From assembly GCF_009834535.1 (NCBI RefSeq), contig NC_045697.1, positions 110,300,001 to 110,364,000 on the forward strand: a stretch of 64,000 nucleotides of DNA, written 5' to 3'. Made by a program: the position numbers and the translations under genes. Every line of letters starts with the position of its first letter. The first letter of the stretch is position 1. Under the pieces are notes generated by a model that saw only the letters and a list, made by a program, of their open reading frames with translations, had not been told where the DNA came from and did not search any database. This DNA is from Camelus ferus (Eukaryota). Positions 26,481-41,675 of the stretch are shown piece by piece.

Positions 26481-27582
26481 TTTAAAGTTTCTTCTTTTTC
26501 TTTTCTTAAGAACTATGTTTCACAGATTTATTTTGGATTGGAGTCAGTTAAGAGAAAGGAAAATGAGGAATCAGAGATAAGGCTAGAAGGTTATAAAAAG
26601 GTAGAGAAATGGTGGGAACAAAGAAATGGTGTGTATCAGAAGGAATCATTGTCTAGTGATTTTTAAAAAATAGACAGTCTTATTTGAATATACATATTAA
26701 ATACTTATTTAAATACAACGTATTTGTTGAGGAGAATCATTTGGCAAAAAGGGAGGGAATTTATGGTGCAGTAGAGGAAGGGGTTAATTGTGGAAGCAAA
26801 GTCCTTGAGGACGCAGGAGTACATGGCAACAACTGTACACGTGGCAATGCTGTTCCTGGGTGAGTAGTTCTTCCTTTGTAACAGGAGGCAAAATGATAGA
26901 AGTGCGTACACAGTCACTGTTGATGGCCCACTTGAGGTTATGTGCTTATGAATCAACGAATCCAGTCAGCACAGCTACCTTTCTCTAAAATTTTACAGCT
27001 GGAGTGTGCTCAAGGCATAGGCAGAGCGACAGACTTAGGGTTAACCTGGGCTGGGTTTCTGCCAATAAAAAAAGGCACATGCATGAAATTCTGCTTAAAA
27101 TTTCATGGGGTTCACGACCACATATGGTAGGTGGACTCTTGGCAAGAGTATTTGAGAACACTGTTAACATAGGACAGCATGAAGCGGGGAAATGGATTTT
27201 TTTCATATTCTTCAGCGTCTGACACTTACGTCTAACACAACAGTTGCAGGTTTGCTGAGCAGGGTACTAGGCGCTCTCATTCTCACCTCCTTTTATTAAT
27301 TTCTCCTCGGCCTCAGGGCTGAGCTTTGGGATACTATTCACCTCTATGATTTTTCTTCTGTTAGAAAGCGTAGTAGAACCTCTCAGGGATGCAAGTGTAG
27401 TGGTATTTTTTTCTTTATTTAAGTTTACAAAATACATGCTTATAGAAAATTAAAACATTATAGAAATATATAAAGCCGATCATGAAAGTTCTCCCATAAT
27501 TCCACTCCCTCACAAAACTACTGGTAACAATGTGCTGTTACTTCTCCATTATTATTTAGAACGTTAACAAGTTGTTTCACCA

Positions 27583-27613
<31 letters not shown>

Positions 27614-28957
27614 TGCACAACTTTCTTTTTTATCTAAGAGCAGAGTTTGGACATCTTATTATTCCAGAGACATTTCTCACTCTTAATGGAGAGAAACTGC
27701 ATGAAGATACCGTAATTTATTACACTAGGCCCTTACTGATAAGACATCTGGGCTGGTTTTAATTAAAAAATAAAGGTACAATGAACTTGATTGTGTATAC
27801 TTGGCAGATTGCTCCTAACAGGCAGTTTTCTAGTAACTTCCTTTCTAATGAAGCCAAAGAGTCCAAACATTTTCAGCATACTCTGAGAAGCTAACCTCCT
27901 AAAGGCTGTAGTACCTACACTCCCACCTACGGCATGCAAGACGGGGTATGCATAATTTGGAAATGCTTATTCAAAATTAGGGTCTAATTTTAAGATTTGA
28001 AACCAAAATTTTAAACCGACTGTTCCTGCAATTGTTTTTTCTAACTACAGAAAGTGAAGTGTGACAAATTTTCTTGACTGATTAGGAAATCGGGATCCTT
28101 ATTAAAGACAGGGTTTACAAAGCAGAAAGAGGTGTAGGCATCAGAAACGTTAACACTTTTCTATAAAGTCTTTGCAAAAGACCGCAGGCCTTGCTACGGC
28201 TTCAGGTGTCTCCACTGGTAGCTCCAGCTATTTCCCCAGGGTTTGATACCTATACTGGTAACTACTGCTTGTGGCATAAAACTGCAACTCAAAACACGAG
28301 CTTTGCCCATCACCAACCGCGTCGACTGCGGCAGGCACGTCTTTGCTCCTGGACCCCTGGTACACACACCTGTCCCACATCTGGTTTCACCCACTTCACG
28401 CCTCATTTTAGAACACTCATTCCCTCCTCTGACCTCTCAAGTCTCAGCTCAACTACCACTGACTCTTAGGTCTTCCAGAATCCGTCCCGGGGAAAATGAA
28501 TGGTCTTTTCCTCTGTGCGACCCCGGCTTTTCGCCGGTACCTCTATGACAGCATTTCTGTAATAAGCCACTCAAGCGGAAGTCTTAAAGGAAAGACTCAT
28601 CTCGCTTGTCTATTTCCTGAACATTATCTAGTGCAGAACTGTGCAGAATGCGCACTCAAAAACTGCCTGTGGAATAAACATACATAATTTAAATTAAGTC
28701 TTCAATCCTTTAATCCCAAATTATCAGATACTAGTTTTCAAAGGATTAAAAAAAGATTGCTCCCGTCAAAACACGTCCTACTAGAGTTAGCAGTTTCGTA
28801 AGTTAAAAAACAAAAGGGTATGTTTTAATAAAGGTGACAAAACATTCTGTCTTTAGAATAGCTATGCTCAAAAACCTGCATATGCTTGACATCTGCGTCT
28901 TACCTCCTAGGATCTCAAATTGTTTATTTTAGAAATAAGAACAAGGGGAGAGGACAA

Positions 28958-28963
28958 TTTATT
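28958..28963 (-). terminator. Probable PLRG1 polyadenylation signal AATAAA (second copy at 28923-28928)
   Basis: tttatt on the plus strand about 150 nt past the PLRG1 stop codon. Confidence 0.6.
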
Positions 28964-29113
28964 GTAAAATATGAAGAAGCAATGATTCAAGCATCTGAGT
29001 TTTGCTTTATATTCCTAGCCAGAGCACAATGACTGGATGGTCTCATCAATGCCAAGCTAAAAAAACCAAAAACAAACAAACAAAACTGGAACCACCACGA
29101 AGACAATGCCATA

Positions 29114-32100
29114 TTAAAATCTCTTCCTCTTGATAATTTCTGGCTTCCAGCTGACTGGATGAGTTTCTTCTGTCTAAAAATAGAAAAGTAAACAAGTTAA
29201 CACAAAGTATTATTGGTTTGCTTCATATTTAGCAACTTTTTTTTAATTTTTATATATAAACATTTTTTATTGAGTTATAGTCATTTTACAATGTTGTGTT
29301 GTAACTTCCTTTCTAACATAAATAAGGTATTCATTCTAAATTATGTTACTTGGCATTATATATTTAGCAGCTCTTTTTAAGAATAGGTGACCAACTTTTG
29401 ACATTATTGGAATCTAATGAAGGATGAATTCATTCAACTATTAATTGTTTATGGTTTTTCATCTTAAATAAAATTGCTATTTAGATATTCTAATAACACC
29501 AAAGTTTATGATTCTAGAATTAATCTGCATAGCAATCCACTTACTCGCCGTTACTCTCAGTGTACGATTTTCCCAGTAACTTTAACAAGGAAAGCTGAGA
29601 TAAAATTAAAACTATCTATGGATTGCTGGCATCAATGAAAGCAGTACAGATATCTATGAGCAGACACTACTCAAGATGAGAAATACTTTACTACTATGAA
29701 GATTATTTTCCCTTTGATAATTACAGTTAACTCTAAAATGAGAAAACACATGCAAAATTGGCATGACATTTACTTTCCTTTAAAATGTGTATGAAATAGG
29801 GAACTTACTGCTGTATCATCCTCTCTGTACACTTTGATGGTTTTATCAGCTTCAGCTGTTAGTAACCGACTCTCAGACTGATCAAAAGCACAAGCAAATA
29901 TTCCTGATTCACTGTCCAAGGACCCAGGCTGTACCGCGGCATGAACTCTCTGGAAATTGTAGCCAGTTCTCCAGTCCCAAAGATGCATAGTGCCATTGTC
30001 AGCTTAAAGGGAAAGATACAATTAAACTTGGTAAGCCTTTAATGAGTCAGTCTGATGAACATTTATTAATAAGCACCAATCATTAGCCAAGCACTGTGCC
30101 AATAACTACAGTTATAAAGATACGGAAGACGCAGGCACTCGTTTCTCTTAGTATCAGTTGACTTTCATTTGTGCTCAATTCAGAATTTGTTACATATCTC
30201 AAGAAGCACCACAAGATGACATTCATTTCTAGAATATACAAGCCAACTTTGGGTGATTTCTGGCATAAACCCCTTAGATTTATCAATGTGAGAACTTAAA
30301 GAGAGCTAAGCCATGAAATATGCTACAGGTACTAGGAATATGCATGAACACACACATGAACATTCAAACACACAGTGAAAAGGCAAGTTCTACTATAATA
30401 CTTAAGTATAATGACTTAGGAATTTTACTCACTCACTAAAAGAAAAAAATGACGGACTAAAACATATCTATCATAAAAATCTTATTTTACCTCCAGATAC
30501 AAGCACCCCATCAGAATTTACTGTCAATGTGTTAATAATAGCATTATGACCAGAAAGATTTTGAATGAAACTTCCATCGGGGAATTTCCACTGTTTTATG
30601 TTATCTGGAGAACCAGATGCAAACGTGTAACTGAAATAAGATGAAAAAGAATTAATGACAAAGTAAACCAAGTTAAATAAAATGTCAGATTTTAAAAATG
30701 CTTATTATGGTTGTATTTTGCATCTGTAGTCATGATCTATGTAGTTTCAGTAAAATATTATTGTCATACCAAGAGAGAAAAACATCGACATCTGTTCCAA
30801 GTTAAACCAGATTTTCAAATTATTTTAAATGTATTCTAAGCCCTAGATTAAAGTTTTATTCTTCTTTCATTTCCCCAGTGCTCAACACTGAGCTAAAGCA
30901 ATAAATGTGCAAACCCTTAAACTCACATAAAGAGCGAGGGGTGATGTAACTATTTTGGTGAGAGCAAGAGAAAAACCAGAGAGAGAGAGAAAAAGAAATG
31001 GAGAAAAGGAAAGAGAGAGAGGGGAAGAGGGAGAAAGGGAGGAAGAAGGAGAGAGGGAATAAAGGTAAGGGAGAGCAGGAGAGGGAGGAGGACAGAAGAC
31101 ATGAATGTGACCAGAGAAGTGCCGGGTGACGCGGTGTCACAGACGACAGGAGGCGATGCTGCGCTCCATCTCTCTGGATACCCTGACTACACTGTTCATG
31201 ATTCCTACTACTTTTTTCCCCTACGCATACTACCTTCCTCCTTAAAAATTAACCATTCTACTTATATCTCAGTGTCTACTACCATTTATTTCCAAAACAT
31301 TAAATCTAGCTACTATTAGCTTCTATTATGACACGCAGCTTTTCATCATGATTTATTCAGATTATCTCATTTGACATTACCATTTTTCACGGTGTAGGAA
31401 GTTTTCCTTATCTTATAAAGGGCATGAAGCAAAATACTACACAGGGAAAATAAAAGAAATGCATGTTCCTAAGTGGCACAGGCCAAATGACGACCAAACT
31501 AGCACTAATGTTGCGATTTCTATACTATACCTAGAACCAACGGAAGGACTTTGCTTAGGGAAATATACTTACTGTCTTGGATGCAAAACCACAGCCCTGA
31601 CTGATTTTTTGTGATTTGTTAATGTGACTCTTGTTTTTCCAGCCACCAAATCCCATAATCGTATTGTAGTGTCATGGCTTCCTGTAAGGGAGATACACAC
31701 ACAACCCCAAAACATAAATGCAAAAAAGGGCAAAAATTAAAATAAAATCTGAAGCGCTCTTCCATTGACGCATATATACTAAATAAAAGTCATATTAACT
31801 CTTAGCTAATTGCTTTATAGTTCCAAAGTTTGGGGCTGATTTTAAATTTAATTGTTAAACAAATGTAATAAACGTGTGTTGTCCTGTCATCTGAACAGCT
31901 AAAACAAATGTGAATAACAAATAAAACAAATGCATGGTATTATCCCCTGAAAGAGAAGAAGGAAAAAACTTTAATGATTTTTTAGTTACCAAAACACATC
32001 AAGGGAGGGGATAATCTTCTAATCTCAGAGTAAATATCCATTGCTATTAGCCTTATTAGAAGCGAAACAAGACTCAAATCTGCTCAGGGTATTTTGTCTT

Positions 32101-35100
32101 CTAACTTCAATTCCCCGACTGGTAATTCTGATACCATAAAACAAGGCTTAGCTGCATCTAACGGCACCATTTTCTAGTCAGACATTACACTATACAACAT
32201 AGGACGTATCCTATGATACGTAAAAAGTATGAGATAAAACAATCGAATGGAACGTTACCACAATACATTTCAAATGCACACAGAAACACTGTATATCCAA
32301 CACAAAGCCAGAGCCATGGTAAAGATGAAAAGCATACACATAACCTTAATGCACTGATATGAGTATACTGTAAACCTGGAAAGCAGCGATCGTACCAGTA
32401 ATAATTTGTGGTTCTGCAGCTTGACACCTCACGGTAGCAACCGCATTAGTATGTCCAGATAACGTGTGGACACTGGCTTTAGTTCTCACATCCCAAATCT
32501 ATAAAAATACAACAGACACACTGTCAGAGAACAGGTGTTCGTATCTCAGGCAGGTCACTAGCTCAATTCATACCTGGGAATTTACCAGACAACGGTGTGT
32601 GCCTGTTTGACTATGACCAAGAAAGTGCTCACGTGAACTCGTCACCTGTGAGCTGGCTGGGGAATGGAGACAGGAGGCAGCCAATGGGGGAAACAAGCTA
32701 AAAGATCTGGAAACCTACTGTCTAGAACAGGTCTAGTGGGGCCACTGAATGAAGCAGCCAATGGACCACAGCTCTGGTCAGACTGGAATGTGAGAGTGTC
32801 AGGGGTGGGGCACTCCAATGATAAACATGGCGAGGCCACAGAACTGAAGATGTAGGTGGAAAAAACATACAAGTCAAGAAACTGAGACTAGGGTATTGAT
32901 GAGTCAAGGTACCTGTCTTTAAATTCTCTGTCAAACAATATATGACTGCAGTATCAAACAAGCACACTGTGAGATGCAGTATGTGCCCAGGTTGGCACAG
33001 AGCTCTGTTCCACTTACCCGTGCCGTGGAATCTCGGCTACAGGTCACCAGCACGTCGATTGTTGGGTGTAAATCCAAGCCATACACTGCACTCAGGTGTC
33101 CGTGGTAGTGCCTTATAACCTAACGGATAAAGAAGGAAAGTTAAAATGTCTACAGTGAGAAAGGGCAAAGGGGCTCCTAACGTTTTAAATCCTTCACTCC
33201 ATGCTTACCTTGTTATACTCAAGATCCCAGCATTTGACCTGTTTGTCCTCCCCGCAGGAGAAGAGGTACGGGCTCCGGGTGCTCACTATCACACCGCGCA
33301 CCGTGCTGATGTGCCCCGTTAATGACAGTTTTAACTTGCCACTAGCCAAGTCCCAGATCTGCAATCAAAGAATACTCAAGTTTTCTTCTTGTTGATTATT
33401 CCAAAGCAAATTTTTAGACTCTTGATGTTAAAACTGTCTTCAAAAGGTGAAATATAAAAACATATACAAATATAAAAGTTTGCAAAATGACCCCAACAGC
33501 AAAAATAAAGGCAGGAAAAAAAGAGAATTAAAAGGCATATTTAAACTGAGAAAATATCCACATAGATGACAAAAACTTATTATTCTTAATATATAAAGGA
33601 TATCATTAAGAGCAAAATATAAATACTAAGGTATTAAATCAGCCGAGGATGGTATCAACTTAAAAAAAAAAAACCTGCAAGTAGCAAAGAAAGGTATCAG
33701 AAAGTTCAACCTCACTCAAAATTTTATATAAACAGTTTTTAAAAGATTAGATATTCACTTCCACTTATCACATTAGTAGATATTTTTAAAGAAACACAAG
33801 CAATCTGCTGAAAAGAACCCTCTCATACGCTGCAAGTATCAATTTACCCATTTTGGAAAATGATTTTTACTTTGGGGGTCAACTTCAAGAATATTTGACC
33901 TGTTGTGGGGAGCGTATAGCTCAATGGTAGAGTGTGTGCCTCGCATGCATGAGGTTCTGGGTTCAATCCCCAATACCTCCCTCAAAAAGTATAAACAAGT
34001 AAATAAACCTAATTACCTCCCCCCACCAAAAAAAAAACCTAAAAAAAAAAAGTGTTTGACCTGCTAACACCTTTTCTGGGAAACTATCATAACAAAATAA
34101 TTTGAAATACAGAAAAAGCTTTAGGCGTAGAGTAAATTACAGCATTACTTATGATAGGGACAATCAGGAAACTAAAAAACTTTAATGTCCAACATTAGGA
34201 AAACAGATTATAGAATATCTAAATGATATAATACTACGGCACCATTTAAAAAGATGTGATTTTTCACAGGAATATGCTTTTGATGTAAGTGAAAAAAAGC
34301 TGGGAACAAATTTACATATCAAACATGATTTTAAAAAGATACATATTTATGTACACACAGGAAAAAAGCTCAGAAGAAAATGCACTGATACATATACACA
34401 GAAATAAATGTCAAAAAGAAAGTCATTCAAATACCTGACAGTGGTAAGATTACATATAGGTCTATATTCTTTTATACTTCTTTATATTTTTCACATTTTT
34501 TTTTAGAGATAAGCACACTTTAATTCCGTAACCAGAAGGGGAAAAAACTTAAATATTAAGGAATTAGTTGTAGACAGCATGTACTGTCTGGGAAAGAAAC
34601 TGTTTAAATACCATTTTTCAAACAGCTATTTATGTGGAACTTTTAACTGGTATAGATGATAAACTTTACTCCACACTCAGGTTAAGAAATCAGAGAACTA
34701 CAACAGCAATTGCCACCCGAGGAAATAACTTAAAACACATTAAAATTGCAAGGCAAACACAAAGTCATGTTTATTTTTTTCTTCTTTCCTTATTACCTTT
34801 ATAGTTCTGTCAGCAGATCCAGTAACAAACCACTGATTTCCAGGTTCCACGGCAATGCATCGAACCCAGCCAAGATGCCCACTGATCACCTGTGTTAAAA
34901 GGGCAGGCTCATCACACACAGGCTAAAGTTTAATCAGTATGAACTGCTCCCCCACATCTTCAAATGATAAGTTTATGAGATTATCTCCCCATTAGATTTT
35001 AGAGTAAGTACTAAATTATCTTCAATGTGTGAATGGATACACAAACTGTGGTGTATCCTTACAACACACTATGACTCAGCAACAAAAAGGCATGTGTTAA

Positions 35101-38100
35101 CACGTGCAACCTGGATGAATTCACAGTCTGTTTTATTGAGTGATAATTTATATAGCTGCACTTTTCCTACTATAGACATTTTATTTTAGATCTAGTAAAT
35201 CTAAATGACTTTGAATCATTTTAATTTACTAGAATTAAAAAGATAATTGGTAGGGCCAAAGAAATGTCCCCTTGGCCTTTATATAGAACATCTCACAAAC
35301 TTTCCTAAGTTTATCTTATCTGCTCTGGAGTAGCCGTCTACCAACATTTTGCACAGAATACAAATATAGCTTCCACTTACTGAAGTCTCTTTCGCAAAAT
35401 ATCTTTTAAGATAGTGCTAAAGCCCCTTTCCCCATCCCACCTAGATTGCTCTCCAGCTCTCATATTCACTCCTTTTCCTCCTTATTCGATTTCTCCGCTC
35501 TTGTTTAACTGGAAAGCAGTGATCATGTTTCATGCAGTGGAATAATATACATATTCACTCACCCGGTAGAGCTTCCATGGCGGGTGCCACTGGGGTTTTG
35601 GCATTGTAGGGGCTTTTTTAGCCATCAGGGCGGAGTTCTTGGCATTGCCACCTTCCATAACAACCTAGATATGGAACAGATTGCATTAACATTAAAGTGA
35701 TCATACCTAAGGTCTCCTGTTATCAGTTCAAAAGTGGAAATTCAAAGAAGGGATTTATGAAGGTTTTTTTCCTTAAAAGAGGAAAGGACAGCTGAAAAAT
35801 ACTTGCATACCTAGAAAATGAGTCTAAGACTTCTAATTAGAACAGTATTTTCTGTATGTTCATTTTAATTTTAAAAATCAATTTAAAAAAATCTCAGGGA
35901 GGCAGAGCATTAGCACTGAGAGCACTTATCACTGTGCGTGGCTCCAAAGCCCAGCTCTGCCAATTACTAGCTAATAATGACCTTGGGTAAAAATTATGTA
36001 ATCTCTGTGCCTTGTTAGTAAAACAGAAGTAACAGCGCCTACTTCCTATAGTCATTATGCAGACTGACAGAGGAGTGAATGCTCCATGTAAGCTCGTCCT
36101 CTTAAGTAACTGTAACTGGATTACTGCCACTGCCTCTCACTGTCATATTTTAACATTACTGACTGAATATTACAAAGGCCAGCCTGAGAGTTCCTTCTAT
36201 TTATCTCCCATAGGAATATCTAAGTACTATTTTAAAAGGTACCCGAGCCGATATAACCGTCTACTGTTGGCAGCCACCTGTCCACCCATCCAGAAAAGCC
36301 CGTAGAGCTCCTGCCCTCCAGAGGTTTGCATCATAGCCCAAGCCTGGGCAGACCTTGCGAATGGAGGCTTAAGAAACGTGGCAGGACTACAATCCACTCA
36401 CTTCATAAGGTGACTGCATACTAACCTGAGGAAGGAAAGTCTGCACTTCGAGTAAACTGCATATTTTCAGTTATTCTTTCTATACTTTCAGCAATAGTAA
36501 CAGTAGCCGCCACTTACTTACAGACATAAATTTATGCATTACTAAATGCTCATTTATAAGGCACTAATTGCATAGCTTGCGAATATTACGATACTAATAG
36601 CACTCAACTCTAACTGTATAAACCAACTTAGAGTTTAGTAAAAAAGACTTTTATACCTAATACATACTAATACAAGTTTCTGAGTAACATTCCCTGTATT
36701 TTTAATAGTGGGTAATAAAGAGCAACATCCTATTATTTTCATCAAAATAAATATTATGTCCAATGTGCAAGCAAAAATAGAATTAAGAGAATTTTAAATT
36801 CTAGAAAATATATCAATTCACTAGCAACTTAAATTTTAGGGCTATGACATATTAACAATTACCTTAGGCTGATATTTACTTGAATAATACCAAGGAAAAT
36901 GTTCATTTATTTAATATTTAAGGTAAGAATCTTGGGATAAACGGACACAGGCAACATGTTCCAAAAGTGAGCAACCTGCAGCGTGATGTGATTTGGCACA
37001 GGGAAACTTACTGCCCCTGCAGGCTGTGCGCGGTCGGAAGCCCCAGGATGTCGGTATTCACCTCCGGCGGGTGCACTGCGATTTGCATCACCCCTGAGGC
37101 AAAAGAAACATCATATTTGAAGTAACTAATGCCTCTAGTCATGTGCTCTGCAGAACTGACTCTTTACACATTTTTGTAAGCACTGGTAAAGTGTCATGTA
37201 ACCCATAATTACAAAGGAACACAATTTTAAAATGAGAAAAAATGTGAACAATAAACTATGCTTTCAAAACCTTTGTAAACAGAAGCGTGATATTTCCTAC
37301 CTGGTCTGAGAAGTAGGTAAGGCCACAGCTAAGGACTGTGCGGCTGACTCACTTGGCATTCTCTGGACCTTAGTGTCTGCTGTCAAAGCAACCCCTGTTA
37401 AATTAAAAAAGAAAATTAACTCCTTTTAGTAATGATCTCTGTTTTCATTTACATGCATTTACAAAAAAGTGCTGAAGGAAAACATATCAAAAAAGGTAAT
37501 AGTCATTATCACCATGTGGTGATACTACAAAAATTTTTATTTTGAAGGTCTTTTGTTTCCAACTTTTTTATAATAAATATTGCCCAACACACATCTCAGA
37601 TTTGAGTTAATCAAAACAGTTTGGTATTACACAGTCCAAGATAGTAAAGTTCAATTTCTATTATCTTAGAATATTATCTTCAAATATAAAAATTAAGCTG
37701 TTCCCTAAATACATTAGTTAGAATATTTCCAAGGGTGAATGAAAATTACTACAAAAAGTACCAATTTATTTGAACTTTTAATACAGTGAATCCTGTCCTC
37801 CAAAATTACTAGAACCCGGATATACCAAGCTTTTTGCCCTCCACCCTATTACTATTATCCTGGCCACTCCACTTGTGTGCCAATTCCTCTGTACATACAA
37901 CATGCCCAGGACACATTTCCATCATACCTGCTTCTCTACTAACACTTCTGACATGTTTATAAGCTTAGTGATATTTATGTGTCTTGGCTAAGCCTCCAGA
38001 TAAAAAATTTGTCTTAGCTTGGAACAGTCTTACCATCTTTGAATTCCTACCAAAGTGCCTGAAAAAAAAAAAGCTTAAGAATGTGTGCTGAATGAATGCA

Positions 38101-41100
38101 TGTGACATTAAGTATTAGTTAATTATCACCTAAGAAACTAAGCCTGGATGCCTGGTTATTGAGCTTTATTATTTTACAGGTAATGGGAATCACACCGTTG
38201 GCTCATTCATGGAAATACATGTAACAACAAGACAATTGTTAACAGCTCACTTACCAGGTCCTGGTGGATATGGATGTGTACCTGTCACCAAATATTCAAC
38301 TTCTTGTCCTATTAGAAAAAGACAGAGAGAAAACTCATCAATGGTAAAACTACCTTATATATAAGTATCATCTCTTTTAATGGATTAAATAATATTAAAT
38401 TATCAACTGGATTTCCCAAATTAAACCCAATCCTCATAAAAAAGGCAAGTTGATCATTTTTGTTTTGCCTTCTGAAGACCATGGACACAGCTGTTTCCCT
38501 GACCATTTGCCAATGTGATGTCGAGAAAGCTTGTACATTTGCTACATTGCAATGGTGTGTAGAGAGGTCATCCTATCAAGTAATAAACCACTATGGTTAT
38601 TCTTCCAAGAAAATGGTTTTCCTGTGGAATTTTGGATTATCTTTATTCCTTACAATTTCAATACTTGATATCACCTTTCTGAATTACAGTGAAAATAGAC
38701 AGAAGGTCTCCCCAAAGGTTAGAAGTTTTTCCTTTAGTCTCCATTACGACTGTCTCCATATCCTAAGAATTTCTGCCATCATTATAGCACCGTTTTAAAA
38801 TTCCCTACAAGGGAAAAAAAAATCCATCAACCAATAACCTCACTCACTACTCCAATGAGGAAATCAAGACTGTCATTATGATACCTGGATAGCTGGTAAA
38901 TAGGGTGTGGATCAAAGAAGTCTTTCCAGGAGGAGCACCAATGAGATATTCCATTTTTCTATTTTCAAAATTCACATGTACATCGTGACATTTCTGACAA
39001 TATTATTCTCACCTTGATTGGCAGGATACTGTTTGTGTCCATATGAATCTGATGCATTCTGAGGGCCTTTCTCTTTAAAATTTTCTTTTGAAGTAGGCAT
39101 ATGCAACACAGGACCATACTCATTACGCAGCTTGATTGCCATTTTTCGTTTGTGACTATTTAAAAATTATAAACATAAAAATGTATCTTTGAGAACTCTA
39201 AATATATTCACCCATGTCAATATATTCACAGATAGCCAGGACACAAGTTTTTAAATAGCTTAGGTTTGCCTAATCATGTAGAAAAAGTTTCTATTACAAT
39301 TTTAAAGTTAAACAATATTTAAAAAAATTTCCAAGTGCATTTCCACACTTTCATTCATAATCTACCACACAGCATCCATTAAGTCTAAGTACTATTTTAG
39401 TTTGTTAACCAATTATATAAAACCTTTCATGTTGATTTATCAAGTGTCTGATTTTAAAATATATAGAAACTAATATATCTTTTAAAAAACTTCAAAGCCA
39501 ATATACTTTCCTTCAAAAGTCTAAATATAAAAATAAAGTAAAAATTTCTATAGTAACCTTTCCTGGATATATCTAAAAAGATTAGTTAGAACTTATCCGA
39601 GTACTTAGTTAAATATTTTAAAGAGAAATGCACTTATTATGTTACTTTTAAGGATAGCCCACTTTATAAATTAAATATAAATGCTTATTTGAGGAATTAG
39701 GTAGATTTTTAAAGAAAGGTGAAGGACAAAGAAGGACCACTGCACATAATGCAATCCCAGACTGGAGCTGGAGATGTAGAACCAAAAATATGCCACCACT
39801 CAAAAATCTTCATCATACTAACGAGAAAAGATGGGAGTAGAGGTACTGGCCAGGTACAATTTCAGCTCAGCAAGGCTCTGAGAGCAGCAGGAAGCTGAAA
39901 GCACATACAAAGTGATTGATTATAAAATATAACACCTAAAAGGGACTCTCCTACTTACTGGGTACTTGTAAAATGCAATTAATTAATGGGATTTTCATTG
40001 TAAAAGATAAGGCCAAAAAAAGTTAAATCAGCTTAAATTATGCCCAGACACCACTCAATATTGAATAGATATCCTATGAGTTAGTATTACTAGTCTTTAA
40101 AGTCCCCCTCTCCCTGCTCTCTTGCCCCAGTATCAGAAGTTCAAATATTCTAGCAATTGAAAAGGAACTATTCCTACCTCTCCTCATCCAAAGGCACAGG
40201 CTTTCCATTATCAGCCACAAACATATCATGTGTCCTCTTCAATGACCTGAACACAAGTGTGTGCACAGAATGTTTCTGTACCTCCTAGAAAGAAAGAGTG
40301 TAATTACATATCCAGCTACAAATTACACATACCATAACCTACATTAAAGTCAAATTAGTTATACTTTACATGTATAAATATGTAAAGAGTTTTGTACCAC
40401 TCACCACAGCTATTTGTAGCAAGCTACAGGAGTCAAGTTCAGAGAAGAGGAGGAAGCTCCCCTTGGGCCAGAGCCCCAGGTATACCAACTGAGTGATGCC
40501 TGAGATTAGTCACTTATTCAATAAATAATTACTGAGCTTCTGCTAATTGTCTGGCAGGTATTGTGCTAGAAGCTAACAACAAAATGATGAAAAGCCAGCC
40601 TTGGTCTCTGTGCTCAAGAGGAAAGAGATGAATAAAAATAAGAAAAGTAACTCCACATTTTGATAATGCTATGAAGGAAACAAGCAGGATGCCGAAAAAG
40701 AGATCAGAGAAAGAACTCAGGGTGGGTAGGAAAGATCTCTCTGAGGTGTATTTAAGCAGAAGGGAGTTAGCCTTGCACAAAATAGACTAAGAAAAATCCA
40801 GGTAGAGAGAAAATGGCAAGTACAAAGGTGTTCAGTAGCTGAAATAATGCCAGAAGCTGCAGCACTGTATATGTTGTTGTATATGTTTGGGGAGATGGTG
40901 GGTTGTGATGCAAGATGAGGTTGCAAGAAGAGACAAAGTCCAGATTTTTTTTTTTTTTAATATACCACTGCAACGGTCTGCATCTCTGCTCTAGTTACAT
41001 GGGGCCACTAAAGGGTTTTAAGCAAGAAAAACCTTATCAACTTAACGTTTTAAACAAATCACTTACTGGGGGTGGGGGAAGGTGACAAAAAAGGAAGCAA

Positions 41101-41675
41101 AAAGATCACCCAAGAGCTAACGCATCAGAGCAGGTGGAAGATGATGTGGATTGAATTCAGATGATGGCAGTGGTCCTGGGCAAGAGTCGAAGATTTCTTA
41201 GATAAGACGAACAAGGCTCGCTAGGAGAACGGTTGTTCAAGCCATAGAAAAAGCAAAAACTCAAGAATGGCAGGTTTTCCCTGGGAAGAGCTGGGAGAGA
41301 AACTGAAGACCACAGAAAGGCCGCCAATCTTTTAGGACACAGAATCACTGACTCTACTCAGCAGGCTGCGAGTACAAGCGGTCGAACATCGCCCGAAGGC
41401 CCGCCTCGGAGGGCAGCGCCCAGGGGCCAAACAAAAACTGGAGAAATTATCTCAGGCTTCCAGCCCGGACACAACCTCCAACGCGAGCTCTCATCCGGCT
41501 TCTCTCCTTCCCTGAAAACCTTAAAAGAGACTACCCGGCCTCGGCCAGTCTCCGCTAGCAGCCGCTTCTCTCCCCAGACTCCCAACACCCTCGATCCCCC
41601 AAGCCCGCCGCCAAAGAAAAACAGTCCAGAAGCAGAAGGTCCCTGAGCACTCAACTGTCACTTTACCTCGACCAT
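29114..41675 (-). CDS. PLRG1: Pleiotropic regulator 1 (Prp46 orthologue, WD40 subunit of the PRP19/CDC5L spliceosomal complex); 15 coding exons, 513 aa
   Basis: Exons read by hand, all GT-AG and phase-consistent: 41667-41675, 40178-40284, 39013-39155, 38255-38308, 37301-37394, 37012-37093, 35563-35664, 34797-34889, 33209-33358, 33018-33119, 32396-32498, 31573-31681, 30491-30630, 29809-30002, 29114-29173 (1542 nt). Translation [25 protein letters not shown]...[32 protein letters not shown]...[12 protein letters not shown] is recognisably PLRG1. Confidence 0.98.
33907..34051 (+). mobile_element. tRNA-Ala-derived SINE (vic-1-like) in PLRG1 intron 8
   Basis: GGGGAGCGTATAGCTCAATGGTAGAG...GGTTCAATCCCC head, A-rich tail, TSD core tttgacctg on both sides. 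Confidence 0.85.

Noticed and set aside
33907..33980. tRNA-Ala-like gene (also 15325-15398, minus)
   Set aside because: Broken acceptor-stem pairing, an A-rich tail, a TSD and a second diverged copy indicate a SINE, not a functional tRNA.
35191..35206. 16-nt match tctagtaaatctaaat shared with 17610-17625
   Set aside because: AT-rich and not extendable; expected by chance in 64 kb.
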